NCBI GenBank assembly: GCA_965204725.1
Contig: OZ242005.1
Coordinates: 2,880,001 to 2,944,000 of the forward strand
Reading direction: 5' to 3'
Origin: Candidatus Latescibacterota bacterium
Lineage (GTDB): Bacteria > Latescibacterota > UBA2968 > UBA8231
DNA: 64,000 nt
The notes under the pieces were generated by a model. It saw only the letters and a program-made list of their open reading frames with translations, searched no databases and had not been told where the DNA came from. Of this stretch, positions 9,768 through 20,800 are shown in pieces. A program made the position numbers and the translations under genes. Numbering within the stretch: the first letter of the stretch is position 1; the number at the start of each line of letters is the position of its first letter.

Positions 9768-10076
9768 ATGAACGAAGTTGAAACCAAAGTTCACGAACAC
9801 GACATCACCTTGACCCGCTTAGAGACGCTCATTGAGCAGAATGACCACCGCTTTGACGCTGTTGAGCGCCAGATCGAAAACTCAGAGAAAAACACCGCTG
9901 CTCGCTTTGACGCTGTTGAGCGCCAGATCGAAAACTCAGAGAAAAACACCGCTGCTCGCTTTGACGCCGTTGAACGCAAGATCGAAAGCCTAGACCGGCG
10001 CATGAATTGGTTTCTCGGCCTGTTGTTCACCAGTTGGCTATCGACCATCGGCGTGATTCTGTATAAGCTCCCGTAA
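9768..10076 (+). CDS. Small coiled-coil protein with C-terminal TM (DUF1640-like)
   Basis: SD AAGGAG; repeated 'RFDAVERQIENSEKNTAA'; hydrophobic tail. Confidence 0.7.
   Translation: MNEVETKVHEHDITLTRLETLIEQNDHRFDAVERQIENSEKNTAARFDAVERQIENSEKNTAARFDAVERKIESLDRRMNWFLGLLFTSWLSTIGVILYKLP
9849..9988 (+). repeat. Intragenic 54-bp tandem repeat (~2.6 copies)
   Basis: Identical units at 9849 and 9903, partial unit at 9957. Confidence 0.9.
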
Positions 10077-10110
10077 CGCCGTAACGCCCACCCCGCAGGC
10101 GTAGATCCCC

Positions 10111-10296
10111 GTGCTCGTCCTCAATTTCTCGCTGGTCACGTACACCTCGCTGGGGTACGGCGACATCGCGCCGTTGGGGCCGGCGCGGCTGTTGGCGGGT
10201 ATTGAGTCGCTGATTGGGTTGGGGCTGATTGCGTGGTCGGCGTCCTTTACGTATCTGGAAATGCAGCGTCATTGGTATGCAAACGACGGGGATTGA
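10111..10296 (+). pseudogene. C-terminal fragment of a K+ channel
   Basis: Selectivity filter 'YTSLGYGD' plus TM2; TM1 is missing. Confidence 0.7.
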
Positions 10297-10306
10297 AGCA
10301 CTCCCA

Positions 10307-11395
10307 TCACGCCCAGTCGTCAAACGGGTTCGCCGTGCTCGCCAGCGGCAGCTCAACCCGCGCTCCGGCCCGATGCGAGGCGTGGGCCATCATCGCCATT
10401 TCTAGATAGAGCCGCGCATTCTCCAGCGTTACCAACTCCCACTCTGGAGTACGACCTTCGATCTCGTCGATCATGGACCGCGCCATGCGGCGGTGGGCGT
10501 TGAGCCACTTGTGCTCGTCTGGCCGCGGCGACGAGGGCACGACCTCCCAGTGCGAGTCGCCGATCAGCCCGGGGTTGACCAGTGGGTGATAGAAAATGTC
10601 CGGTAGGTTGACCATCGGCCCGGGCAGCGACAGGGTCCCTTCCGTCCCGTGGATATCGATCCGGTAGGGGTTTTCTTTCCCGTCCCCTCGGTAGGACTCA
10701 AAATCGGCCGCCACTCCACCCGGGAACTCGTAGTACGCCTTGATCCCGTCGCCGGCCACCAAGCCCATCCCTTCAACGCCTTCCTGCAAATCGGCCGGCG
10801 TCGCGCTGCGCCCGCCCTGCGTCAGATGGGCATGACACCACAGCGGCGGCCCAAACAACTGATAGAGAAAGTCAAAGAAATGCGGATACAAGTCCAAAAA
10901 CAGTTGATCCCCACCGTGTGCGCCGCCCATCCCATAGATCCGGCACAGCCGCGGCGGGCCGATTTTTCCGGCCTTAATCGCTGGAATCGCCACCCGCTGG
11001 ATCGGCGGATGCCCTCGCCAAGGATGCGCCACCACCACCGTCACGCCGGCCTTGTCGCGCGCGGCGATCATCTGGTCAACTTGGGCGACCGAAGCCGCCA
11101 CCGGCTTTTCGAGGTACACATGCGCGCCGCGCTCCACGCAGTTGAGCACCAACGCCTTGTGATCGCCGATCTCCCGCGAGGCCACCACCGCAATATCCGG
11201 CTGCTCTGCCTCTAACATCTCCACGTAATCGGCGTATCCCTTGAGTGCTCCGGTCTTGGCGACAGCGGCTTGGCGTCCCGCCTCGTCGGGATCGGCCAGT
11301 GCCACAATCTCCGCTCCTTCTACCCCGACAAAGGCCATGTCGAGGTAGTGGCCGTAGTTGCCCCGGCCGGTGTGTCCAATGATGCCAACGCGCAT
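10307..11395 (-). CDS. Gfo/Idh/MocA oxidoreductase
   Basis: 'VGIIGHTGRGNYGH', 'LEKP'. Confidence 0.9.
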   Translation of the reverse strand: MRVGIIGHTGRGNYGHYLDMAFVGVEGAEIVALADPDEAGRQAAVAKTGALKGYADYVEMLEAEQPDIAVVASREIGDHKALVLNCVERGAHVYLEKPVAASVAQVDQMIAARDKAGVTVVVAHPWRGHPPIQRVAIPAIKAGKIGPPRLCRIYGMGGAHGGDQLFLDLYPHFFDFLYQLFGPPLWCHAHLTQGGRSATPADLQEGVEGMGLVAGDGIKAYYEFPGGVAADFESYRGDGKENPYRIDIHGTEGTLSLPGPMVNLPDIFYHPLVNPGLIGDSHWEVVPSSPRPDEHKWLNAHRRMARSMIDEIEGRTPEWELVTLENARLYLEMAMMAHASHRAGARVELPLASTANPFDDWA

Positions 11396-11440
11396 GACTC
11401 GTCCTTTCTTTGGTTAAAGTTCACAGCGCAGGGCGTGGTA

Positions 11441-12442
11441 TTACAACTCCACGACCCGCCCCGTCTCCATAGATTCCTTCACCGCGTCCAACACCCGCAT
11501 CTGCGCGACGCTGTGCTCCGGCGCGATCCGATGCTCTCCGCCCCCAGCCAAGCAGTCGCACAGGTGCTGCAACTGCAATGCAAACTGAAAGCAGGGCGGG
11601 AATTCGACGACCTCCACCCCACTCGGGGTGCGATGCTCAATGGTGACGGCTCGATTCTCGTTGTTCCACGCTTGGTCTAGCCGCAGCATCCCGCGGTGCC
11701 CGGAAATTTCCGCGTACTGCGAGCTGAACGCATTAAAACCCACGGCGATTTGCGCGGTGCGGCCCCCCGAAAAGACGAGCGTAATGGACGCGGCATCGTC
11801 GGTCTCTAGCCCTCGCTGCTGGGCGGCAAACACCCGCTCCGGCTCCGCGCCAAACGCGAACCGCGCATGGTGGATATTGTAACAGGCCAAGTCGTAGATG
11901 CTGCCGCCGCCTTTGGCCCTGTTGAAGCGCCAATTCGCCTCGGGCGTGCGCTCGGTGAGCGGCCCCCCGGAACTGGTGCAAAACGTGCTCCGCACGCCGA
12001 CTAAGTCGCCGATTGCGTCCGCGTCAATCAGGGCCTTGGCCCGCAAGTGCATGGGGTGATGGCGAAACTTAAACGCTTCGGCCACGAGAACGCGGTTTTT
12101 CCGGCCGGCCGCGGCAAAGGCCGCTGCTTGGGCTGCGTCTTGGGTGAAGGGCTTTTCGCAGAGCACGGCTTTGACTCGCCCCGAATTGCAGATATGAATC
12201 CCGGTCTCCGCGTGAAAGGCACCCCAAGTGCAGATGATGGCAATGTCTAGCTCGGCCTCGCGGAGCATGGCGTCGAGGTCGGTGTAGCGCGCTGTAATGC
12301 CAAACTCCTCGCCGTAGCGCGCCAACTGCGCTGCGGACACGTCGCAGACGGCCACGAGTTCGGCCGCGGCGATTTGTTGGCAGGCCCGGCCGTGAGCGCG
12401 GGCGATGCCGCCCGTTCCCACGAGGCCGACGCGATAGGACAT
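11441..12442 (-). CDS. Gfo/Idh/MocA oxidoreductase
   Basis: 'VGLVGTGGIA', 'CEKP', 'GGSIYDLACY'. Confidence 0.9.
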   Translation of the reverse strand: MSYRVGLVGTGGIARAHGRACQQIAAAELVAVCDVSAAQLARYGEEFGITARYTDLDAMLREAELDIAIICTWGAFHAETGIHICNSGRVKAVLCEKPFTQDAAQAAAFAAAGRKNRVLVAEAFKFRHHPMHLRAKALIDADAIGDLVGVRSTFCTSSGGPLTERTPEANWRFNRAKGGGSIYDLACYNIHHARFAFGAEPERVFAAQQRGLETDDAASITLVFSGGRTAQIAVGFNAFSSQYAEISGHRGMLRLDQAWNNENRAVTIEHRTPSGVEVVEFPPCFQFALQLQHLCDCLAGGGEHRIAPEHSVAQMRVLDAVKESMETGRVVEL

Positions 12443-12444
12443 GG

Positions 12445-12912
12445 TTATACCTGTGGGCTTAGGTCTTTGGGTTCAAAAAGCCGCGGCCGCAAGTAGATGG
12501 GTGCTCCGAGGCGCGTGACCAGCACCATGCCGTCGCTGGGCCGGCAATCGAGCACCCACTCGCCGGCCGCGGTTTCAATGTACAAGTTGGCGTGAAAGGT
12601 GTTGTCCTCGATGCTGTGGACGACGAGGTGCATTACCTCGCCTTGCAGCTTCTCCAGCATCGCTTCCAACAGATCGTACGCGAGCGGGCGCGGGAAATCC
12701 TCGTCCTGCATGGCCCCGACTAAGGCCCGCGCCTCGCAGTGGCCGATGATGATGGGTAGCGGCGGCACATCGTCCCCTTTGAGCACGACAGCGACCCCAT
12801 CGGAGCCGAAGTCGCGCACATCGACAATGCGGGCGGGGATGAGGTCAGCAGGGGGTTCTCGGCCACAGGCTGCCAGCGCAAGGGCCGCCAAGGCCACGAG
12901 GAGCTGTTTCAT
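12445..12912 (-). CDS. DUF151 bifunctional-nuclease family protein with lipoprotein signal
   Basis: 'LPIIIG..EA', 'PRPLAYDL', 'DCRPSD'; N-terminus 'MKQLLVALAALALAAC'. Confidence 0.75.
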   Translation of the reverse strand: MKQLLVALAALALAACGREPPADLIPARIVDVRDFGSDGVAVVLKGDDVPPLPIIIGHCEARALVGAMQDEDFPRPLAYDLLEAMLEKLQGEVMHLVVHSIEDNTFHANLYIETAAGEWVLDCRPSDGMVLVTRLGAPIYLRPRLFEPKDLSPQV

Positions 12913-13131
12913 TATATCGCTCCTGTTTCGGTTTGAGTCTTTTGCACACGGCCCAATTATAGGGGCTGTGGGCACGGCCTGCAAAAGTGAACGGGCCGCG
13001 GATAGAATACACTCAATAGCAGGATCGTTTGCGGCCTATCGAATGGAGGCATTTTACGGCCGTTCGCTCGGCAGCGGGAGTTTAATTACTAATTTAGTGC
13101 TAATTAGTAGTTTGTTAGTATTAACCCCCCA

Positions 13132-13290
13132 ATGCACCGAAACGTTCGTTTTTGTACACCGAGACGGATGACAACGACTTGACCTACTTTTGGCTTGCCC
13201 AGACCGAGGTGATCGCTCGATCTATATGCGAGCTGCGCCGCTATATCGAGCGAAAAGCGGCTCAACTGCGCCATGTACTCCAGCGCACCC
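13132..13290 (+). pseudogene. Fic-family gene remnant
   Basis: 'FLYTETDDNDLTYF..EVIARSI.ELRRYIERK' is typical of Fic C-terminal regions; catalytic motif absent; AT-rich palindromic region upstream. Confidence 0.6.
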
Positions 13291-13321
13291 TCGTCGAATC
13301 TCGCAGGTCGGGCGGCCCGGA

Positions 13322-13371
13322 AAAACTGACCAGTCAGTTTTATTGACAAAGATCGACGCCTCGTCTATACT
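13322..13371 (+). promoter_or_regulatory. TetR-type operator and sigma-70 promoter of the RND operon
   Basis: AAAACTGAC-CA-GTCAGTTTT next to TTGACA-N17-TATACT. Confidence 0.75.
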
Positions 13372-13437
13372 CTCTCGACGACACGCCAAAGAAAGGAATC
13401 CCGTGGACAACACACACACCATTAGGGCCTGCTCCAG

Positions 13438-14697
13438 ATGACGGCTCGCCAATACGCGCTGTCCATCGGCAGCGTCTTGCTCTTTGCGCTAGGCTGCGGC
13501 GAGGAGCAAGCAGCACAAGGCCCCGGGCGCGGCGGCTGGGGTGGGCGCGAAGCGGCGGCCATTCCGGTCAAGGGCGAACAGGTCACGCGCGGCGACATGA
13601 ACGCTTACATCGAGACGTACTCCCGCCTCGAAGCTGAGCGCCGAGTCAGCGTCTTGGCGCGCACGACCGGCCTCGTTGAGGAGCTAGCGGCCGAAGAGGG
13701 CGACTCGGTGCGCCAAGGCCAAGTCATGGTCCGCCTCAACAAGGACGAACTGAGCCTGAACAAGCGCCAAGCCGAAGAGGCTTTTGCCGACGCGAGCGCC
13801 AACTACAACCGCATCAAGGCACTGCACGAGCGCGGCATGGTCAGCCAGTCCGAGTACGAGACAGCCCGCCTCCGCTTGGACAACGCCAAGTTGGCCCTCG
13901 AAGAAGCCCAGCTCAATCTCGCGTATGCAGACATTACCGCGCCGATTGCCGGCATTGTCACCGAGCGGTTGGTCGAATTGGGCGATCTAGTTCGCGGCAA
14001 TCAAGAGGTCTTTGTCGTCGCCGACCTCAGTCCGCTGCTGGTGAAAATTTTCGCGCCCGAGCAGCGCATGTACCAGCTACACCCCGGCCAAGAGGCGACC
14101 ATCGCCGTTGAGGCCCTGCCCGACACGAGCTTCCGCGCCCGCATCCGCATGATGAGTCCAGAGGTCGATCCCGCCAGCGGCACCGTCAAGGTCACCCTAG
14201 AAGTCGCCAGCGGCGGCATCCTCAAGCCGGGGATGTTCGCTACCGTCCGCATTATTACCGCACGGCGGCCCCAGACCTTGATCATCCCCAAGAAGGCACT
14301 AGTCCTCGAAACCGACGAGGACGACGTCTTCCTCATTGAGGACGGCAAGGTGCGCCGGGTCGCGGTCGAGTTGGGTTTTGTCGAGGGCGATCAAGTCGAG
14401 ATCGTCGCCGGCCTCAGCGAAGGCGACCAAGTCGTGACCATTGGCCACGAGGGGCTCAAGGACGGTGCGGCCGTGCGGCTAGCCGGCGAGGGCCTAACGG
14501 CGCCGGCCGCATCGGCGGCCCCAAGTCCCGGCGCTCGGGGCGGCTGGCAGGGCCTGCCCGACAGCTTGCGCCAAGTCATAGCCGAGTACCGCCGCGCGGG
14601 CAAGCCCCTGCCCGACAGCTTGCGCCAACGCTTGCGCGCCCTGCGCGAGCAAGGCGGCGGGGGGCCACCGCGGCGCGGGCAAGGTAGGGGCGAGTGA
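13438..14697 (+). CDS. RND efflux periplasmic adaptor (MFP)
   Basis: Lipobox 'ALGC', 'ITAPIAG', 'LKPGMFA'. Confidence 0.9.
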   Translation: MTARQYALSIGSVLLFALGCGEEQAAQGPGRGGWGGREAAAIPVKGEQVTRGDMNAYIETYSRLEAERRVSVLARTTGLVEELAAEEGDSVRQGQVMVRLNKDELSLNKRQAEEAFADASANYNRIKALHERGMVSQSEYETARLRLDNAKLALEEAQLNLAYADITAPIAGIVTERLVELGDLVRGNQEVFVVADLSPLLVKIFAPEQRMYQLHPGQEATIAVEALPDTSFRARIRMMSPEVDPASGTVKVTLEVASGGILKPGMFATVRIITARRPQTLIIPKKALVLETDEDDVFLIEDGKVRRVAVELGFVEGDQVEIVAGLSEGDQVVTIGHEGLKDGAAVRLAGEGLTAPAASAAPSPGARGGWQGLPDSLRQVIAEYRRAGKPLPDSLRQRLRALREQGGGGPPRRGQGRGE

Positions 14698-17600
14698 AAC
14701 TCGTCGAGTTTTCCACTCGTCGCCGCGTCACCGTGGCGATGCTGATGGTGGCGATCATCGCCTTTGGCGGGGTCGGCTTTTCGCGCCTAGCCGTCAACCT
14801 CCTCCCGGACATCACCTATCCCACGATCACCGTCCGCACCGAATACGAGGGCGTGGCCCCCTTGGAGATTGAGCGTCTCATTTCCGAGCCGGTCGAGGGA
14901 TTGGTCGGCGTGGTCAGCAACGTGGTCCGCGTGGCGTCGATTTCGCGACCGGGCATCTCGGATGTGGTCGTAGAGTTCGGCTGGGGCACCAACATGGACT
15001 TTGCCTCGCTCGACATCCGCGAAAAGCTCGATTTGGCCAATCTGCCGCGCGACGCCAGCAAGCCCATCCTCTTGCGCTTCGACCCCTCGCTCGACCCGGT
15101 AATGCGCTTGGCGTTTTACGGCACGTTGAGCCTGATGGAGATGCGGCGCGTTGCCGAAGAACGCCTGCGCCCCGACCTCGAAAGCCTCGAAGGCGTCGCG
15201 GCCATCCGCATCAACGGCGGCCTAGAGGAAGAGATCCAAGTCGAGGTCGAAGCCCGGCGCCTCGCCCACCTCGGCATCTCCATCCACGAGGTCACCAGCC
15301 GCCTCGCCGCGGAAAATGTCAACCTGACCGGCGGGGTGCTCAAGGACGGCGAAGCCGAGTTCCTCGTCAGGACCCTCAACGAGTTCCAAGGCATAGACGA
15401 GATCGGGGAGATCGTCATCGGTCAGATCGATCGCGCGCCGATCAAGCTCAAGGACGTGGGGCGCGTCTTCCGCGGCCACCGCGAGCGCGACCTCGTCACC
15501 CGCATTAACGGCCGCGAGGGCGTCGAGGTCTCGGTCTTTAAGGAAGGCGACGCCAATACCGTCCAAGTCAGCGCGGCGGTGCAGGAGCGTTTAGACGAGT
15601 TTCTCGCGGAAAACGCCTCCCTGCTTGAGGGCAGCGGCATGGAGGTTGTCTTTAACCAAGCGACCTTTATCCAGCAAGCCGTTGACGAGGTGCTCAACAC
15701 CGCCATTCTCGGCGGCATCCTCGCCGTTGTCATCCTTTTCCTCTTTCTCCGCGACCTCAAAAGCACGGCCATCATCGGCCTGTCGATCCCCCTCTCCGTG
15801 GTCGCGACCTTTTTCCTGATGTTCGGCTCGGACGTCAGCCTCAACATCATGTCGCTGGGCGGGCTGGCTTTGGGGGTCGGGATGCTGGTTGACAACTCCA
15901 TTGTGGTCTTGGAAAGCGTGCAGCGCTACCGCGACCAAGGGCTGAGTGTCTTGGCCGCGGCCGTGCGCGGGGCCAGCGAGGTAGGCCGCGCCGTCATCGC
16001 CGCGACCACTACCACTATCTGCGTCTTTTTGCCCATCGTCTTTGTCGAGGGGGTTGCCGGCCAGCTCTTTCGCGATCAGGCACTCGCCGTCACCTACTCG
16101 CTGGTCTCTTCCCTCGTGGTCGCGCTGATGCTGATACCCATGCTCTCGTCCCTGAGCCTTGAGCGCATGATTGCCGAGGCCGAAGAAATTGGCCCCAAAC
16201 GCGGCGTCCAAGGCCCGGCGTTCCTCATCGGCCTGCTCCGCACCCTAGGCCGCGGCGTCGGCCGCGTCTTTTCCACCCTGCTCTTCCCCCTGTACTGGCT
16301 ATTCGACCTCGTATTCAATGCGTTCAACACAGCGTATCCACCCTTTTTGAGTTGGGCGTTGCGCCGGCGCTTGCTGGTCCTCGCCGTCTTTATTGGGCTA
16401 GGGGCCTTGGTCCTCGGGCGGGCGCAGCACCTAGGGCTGGAGCTGATCCCAGAGATGAGCCAAGGCGAGTTCCTCGTCGATCTCGAATGGCGTGCGGGCA
16501 CTCCGCTGGAGCAGACCGCCGCCCAAGTCGCCGCGCTCGATAGACAGGTCCGCAGGCTCTGGGGAATCGCCTCGGTCTTTGCGCTCGTCGGCAGCAGTGC
16601 CCAAACCGGCGGCACGGCCGCCGACAAAAAGGAACACACCGCCCATCTCCACGTGCGGCTCGCGCCGGAGATGAGCGAAGAGGCGGCCATCGAAGCGGTC
16701 CGCAGCCTCCTCGGGCGCGTCCCCGACCTGAAGTTCAAATTCTCGCGGCCCGCGTACTTTTCCTTCCGCACCCCGATAGAGGTGGAAATCAGCGGCTACA
16801 GCCTGAGTGCGCTCGACCTGTTGGCCGAGCAAGCGGTCGAGCACCTGCACTCCATCCCCGGGCTGACCGACATCCGCTCGAGCACGGCCGGCGGCCAACC
16901 CGAAGTCCAGATCGTATTCGACCGTCGGCGCGTCGCCGAGCTGGGGACTACCGTGCAGAACATCGGCGAACTGTTGCGCAACAAGCTGCAAGGCGATGTC
17001 GCCACCGAGCTAGCCCGCCGCGACCGCAAGGTCGATATTCGGGTTCGTGCGCTCGACGAGGAGCGCCAGACCGTCGCCGACCTCAAGCAGATGGTCGTCA
17101 GCCCGGCTTCCTATCCCGTGCCGGTCGCGCTCGAATCGGTCGCCCAAGTGCGGGCGGTAGAAGGCCCGGCCGAGATCCGTCGCCTCGACCAAGAGCGCGT
17201 CGCCGTCCTCTCGGCCAACCTCGACGGACGCGATCTGGGCGGCGTGGTAGCAGAGATTGAAGCCGTCCTCGCCGACTTGCCCCTGCCCGAAGGCTTCACC
17301 GTGGCGATCGGCGGCCAAAACGAGGAAATGGTCCGCTCCTTTGACAGCATGAAGTTCGCCCTGCTGTTGGCGGTATTCTTGGTCTATCTGGTCATGGCTT
17401 CGCAATTTGAGTCGCTTTTGCACCCGCTGGTCATCATGTTCACCATTCCCTTGGGCCTGATTGGCAGCGCCCTCGGCCTGCTCGCGACGGGCACCACCAT
17501 CAGCGTGGTGGTGCTCATTGGCCTGATCATGCTCGCCGGCATTGTCGTCAACAACGCCATCGTCCTCGTCGATTATATCAACCACTTGCGCCGCGACGAG

Positions 17601-17834
17601 GGGATGGAAAAATTCGCTGCCGTGCTGCGCGCCGGCGAGGTGCGCTTCCGGCCGATTCTAATGACGACCTCGACGACGGTCTTGGGGCTGTTGCCCATGG
17701 CCTTGGGGCTGGGCGAGGGGGCCGAGATCCGCGCCCCCATGGCCATTACGGTCATTGGCGGCCTCTTGGTCTCCACGCTGCTGACCCTCGTGCTCATTCC
17801 CGTCGTCTATACGCTACTCGATCGCAGCACCTAG
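14694..17834 (+). CDS. RND efflux permease (AcrB family)
   Basis: 'GMLVDNSIVV', 'GIVVNNAIVL', 'RFRPILMT'. Confidence 0.95.
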   Translation: MKLVEFSTRRRVTVAMLMVAIIAFGGVGFSRLAVNLLPDITYPTITVRTEYEGVAPLEIERLISEPVEGLVGVVSNVVRVASISRPGISDVVVEFGWGTNMDFASLDIREKLDLANLPRDASKPILLRFDPSLDPVMRLAFYGTLSLMEMRRVAEERLRPDLESLEGVAAIRINGGLEEEIQVEVEARRLAHLGISIHEVTSRLAAENVNLTGGVLKDGEAEFLVRTLNEFQGIDEIGEIVIGQIDRAPIKLKDVGRVFRGHRERDLVTRINGREGVEVSVFKEGDANTVQVSAAVQERLDEFLAENASLLEGSGMEVVFNQATFIQQAVDEVLNTAILGGILAVVILFLFLRDLKSTAIIGLSIPLSVVATFFLMFGSDVSLNIMSLGGLALGVGMLVDNSIVVLESVQRYRDQGLSVLAAAVRGASEVGRAVIAATTTTICVFLPIVFVEGVAGQLFRDQALAVTYSLVSSLVVALMLIPMLSSLSLERMIAEAEEIGPKRGVQGPAFLIGLLRTLGRGVGRVFSTLLFPLYWLFDLVFNAFNTAYPPFLSWALRRRLLVLAVFIGLGALVLGRAQHLGLELIPEMSQGEFLVDLEWRAGTPLEQTAAQVAALDRQVRRLWGIASVFALVGSSAQTGGTAADKKEHTAHLHVRLAPEMSEEAAIEAVRSLLGRVPDLKFKFSRPAYFSFRTPIEVEISGYSLSALDLLAEQAVEHLHSIPGLTDIRSSTAGGQPEVQIVFDRRRVAELGTTVQNIGELLRNKLQGDVATELARRDRKVDIRVRALDEERQTVADLKQMVVSPASYPVPVALESVAQVRAVEGPAEIRRLDQERVAVLSANLDGRDLGGVVAEIEAVLADLPLPEGFTVAIGGQNEEMVRSFDSMKFALLLAVFLVYLVMASQFESLLHPLVIMFTIPLGLIGSALGLLATGTTISVVVLIGLIMLAGIVVNNAIVLVDYINHLRRDEGMEKFAAVLRAGEVRFRPILMTTSTTVLGLLPMALGLGEGAEIRAPMAITVIGGLLVSTLLTLVLIPVVYTLLDRST

Positions 17835-17844
17835 GAGGTTGGTT

Positions 17845-20800
17845 ATGACCCTGTCGGAATTTTCGCTCAAACGGCCCGTGACCACCCTGATGCTCACCCT
17901 CTGCGCCTTGGTGGTGGGCTTTGTCGCCTTAGATCGCTTGCCCATGGAGCAGTTGCCGAGCATTTCCTCGTCGGGGATCACGGCCCGCGTCCAATACAAC
18001 TCCTCCTCGCCCGAAGAAGTTGAGCGCCTGATTACTCTGCCGCTGGAGCAGACGCTGGGGACTCTTAACAACATCGACCGCATTAGTTCGAGCTCGGGGC
18101 ACAATCGGGGCGAGGTGCGCGTTGACTTTAAGGCCGGCACCGACATGGACTTGGCCAACATGGAAATGCGCGAAAAGCTCGACCAAGCCCGCGCCCTCCT
18201 GCCCGCAGACGTCGATCGCGTCAGCCTGCGCCGCTGGCAGTCCGACCAGCGCCCCATTGTGTACGCCAATTTAGCGTGGCGCGGCGACGGCGACCGCTTG
18301 CTCGACGTAATCCAGAAAGTCATTGAGCCTCGGCTGTTGCGGCTCAACGGCGTCGCCAACGTGGTCATCGACGACCTCGAGGAGAAACAGCTCATCGTCG
18401 AACTCGACCAAGAGCGCTTGCAGACCCACCATATATCGCTGCCCTCGCTCGGCTGGCAGCTCAACGAGAACAACACCAACCTCTCGCTGGGCCGGGTCAT
18501 GGACGGGGGCCAGCGCTACATGGCCCGCGCCGTCGGCGAGTTCACCCGCGTCGAGGATATTGCCAGCATGCCGCTTTTGGGCGGCCAGTTCCGCCTCGGC
18601 GACATCGGCGCGATCAACTACGGCTTCCCCGAAAAGCGCCGCTACGAGCGGCTCAACGGCGTCGATGCGCTCCAGCTAGAAATTTTCAAAGCCTCCACCG
18701 CCAATGTCGTCGATGTCGGCGAGGCCATCGTCGCGGAGCTAAAGGCGATTGAGGGCGAATACGCGGGCCAGCTCGATGTGGCCATCGTCCGCAACCGCGC
18801 TGAGGATGTGCTGCAAGAAGCCGACACGCTCGTCAATTCGGCGCTGCTCGGCGCGTTTTTGGCGATGATCATCATCTTCGTCTTTCTGCGCAATATCCGC
18901 TCGACCATTGTCATCGCCCTCGCCATTCCCACCTCGGCACTCTGCGTCTTTATCGGCATGTACGTCGCCCGCGAGGTCTTTGAGTCCACCATCACCCTCA
19001 ACATGGTCTCCATGATGGGCCTGATGCTGGCGGTGGGGATGTTGGTCGATCCGGCCGTGGTGGTGCTGGAGAGCATTTTCCGCCGGCGTCAAGAAGACGG
19101 CCTCGCAGCCGATGAGGCCGCCCACGTTGGCAGCCGCGAAGTCGGCATGGCGGTCTTGGCCTCGGCCCTGACGACGATCTGCGTCTTCGTGCCCTTCTTC
19201 TTCCTCTCCGAGGGGCGCTCGGCCGCGTGGATGAAGGACGCCGGGATCGCGATATGCCTCGCGGTGGTAGTGTCGATGATCGTCTCGTTGTCCCTGATTC
19301 CGCTGGCTTCTTCCCGGCTGTTCCGCGCCGGGGTTGAGCGCTTCGACCGCTGGCTCAAGCTGCTGGTGGTCGCGGTCGTGGTGGGCATGGCCTGCTGGCA
19401 GGTGCGCGCCGTTGGCTGGCTCGGTTTGCAGGCTTGGTGGGACCGCTGGTCTGGGCTGATTGCCGCTTCGATCGGCGGGATGCAGTGGCAGACCATGCTC
19501 GGGTGTGCGCTGGCTGCGCTGGCCGGGGCCGCGCTCGGCTGGTACTGCTCCCGCCACGGCCTGCGCGCCTCATACAGCCGCTTGCTCAACTGGACGCTCG
19601 ACCACCGCTGGGTCGCCCTGCTGGCCACAGTGGCGTTGACCGGCACCGGGTACTACCTCTACAACCAAATCGAGCAACGCGGCACTCCTTGGACCCCAGA
19701 GCGCCGGGTCGATATGACGGTGGTCATCGACCGCAGCTACAGCCTCGAAGAGATTCGCACGCATTTCGACCAAATCGAGGACATCCTCCTCGCGCAACAG
19801 GACTCGCTCGACCTTGAATCGCTCACGACCCGCTTTGGCCTGCGCCGCGGCAGCATCCGCGCCTATCTCGTCGATGCCGACGCGGGCCGGTTCTCGACCA
19901 TGGAAGCGGGCAACGCCATCAAGCAGTTGCTGCCAGAAAAGGTGGGGTACACGTACAAAATGGGCCGCTCGCGCAGTTGGACCGGCAACCAACTGGGCGT
20001 CGAAGTCCAGCTTCACGGCCGCAATCCAGAGGTCCTAGCAGTGCTGATGGAGGACGTCAAAGCCGGTCTCGAACAGTTCCCCGGGGTCCAAGACGTCGAT
20101 AGCAGCCTCGAAGACGGCGAGGAGGAAGTCCGCGTTGAGATCAACCGCGCTCAGGCGCTCGGTTATGGGCTGTCGCCGCGCGAGGTGGCCCAAGGAATCT
20201 CCGCGGCCTTGGGCACTCGCCGCACCAGTGGCTTCAAAAGCGACGACCGCGAGATCGACATCGTCATGCAGCTCAACGAGGGCGACCGCGCCACCCTCGA
20301 ACAGCTCAAAAACAGCCGCTACGAGACCCGCGACGGCAGCTCGGTCCAACTCGCGTCGTTGGCCGACTTCGAGCTGGGCTACGGCCCCCGCGATCTCAAG
20401 CGCGAGAATCGGGTCCTCAACGTCACCGTCTTTGCCAACACCAAAGACCGCGGCACCGCCCGCATGCTGATGGAGCCGATCCGCCAAATGATGGAAGGGA
20501 TGCAACTGCCCCCTGGGTATAGCTGGGATTTGGGTCGGGCGGCGCGCTGGGAGCAGGAGGAGGCCCGCGACAACCACTTCACCGCCATTTTTGCCGTGCT
20601 GTTGATCTATCTAATTATGGCCTCGCTCTTTGAGTCCCTGATCCATCCCCTAACCATCATCTTCGCCATCCCCTTCTCGGTGATCGGCGTGGCCTTGGGG
20701 CTGTATGCCCTCGACGTGCCTTTTGACAATAACGGCGTCTTGGGGCTGTTGATCCTCTTTGGCATCGTCGTCAACAACGGCATCGTGCTCATAGCCCATA

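Noticed and set aside
9849-9988. Possible CRISPR array
   Set aside because: Contiguous in-frame tandem units with no spacers and no cas genes.
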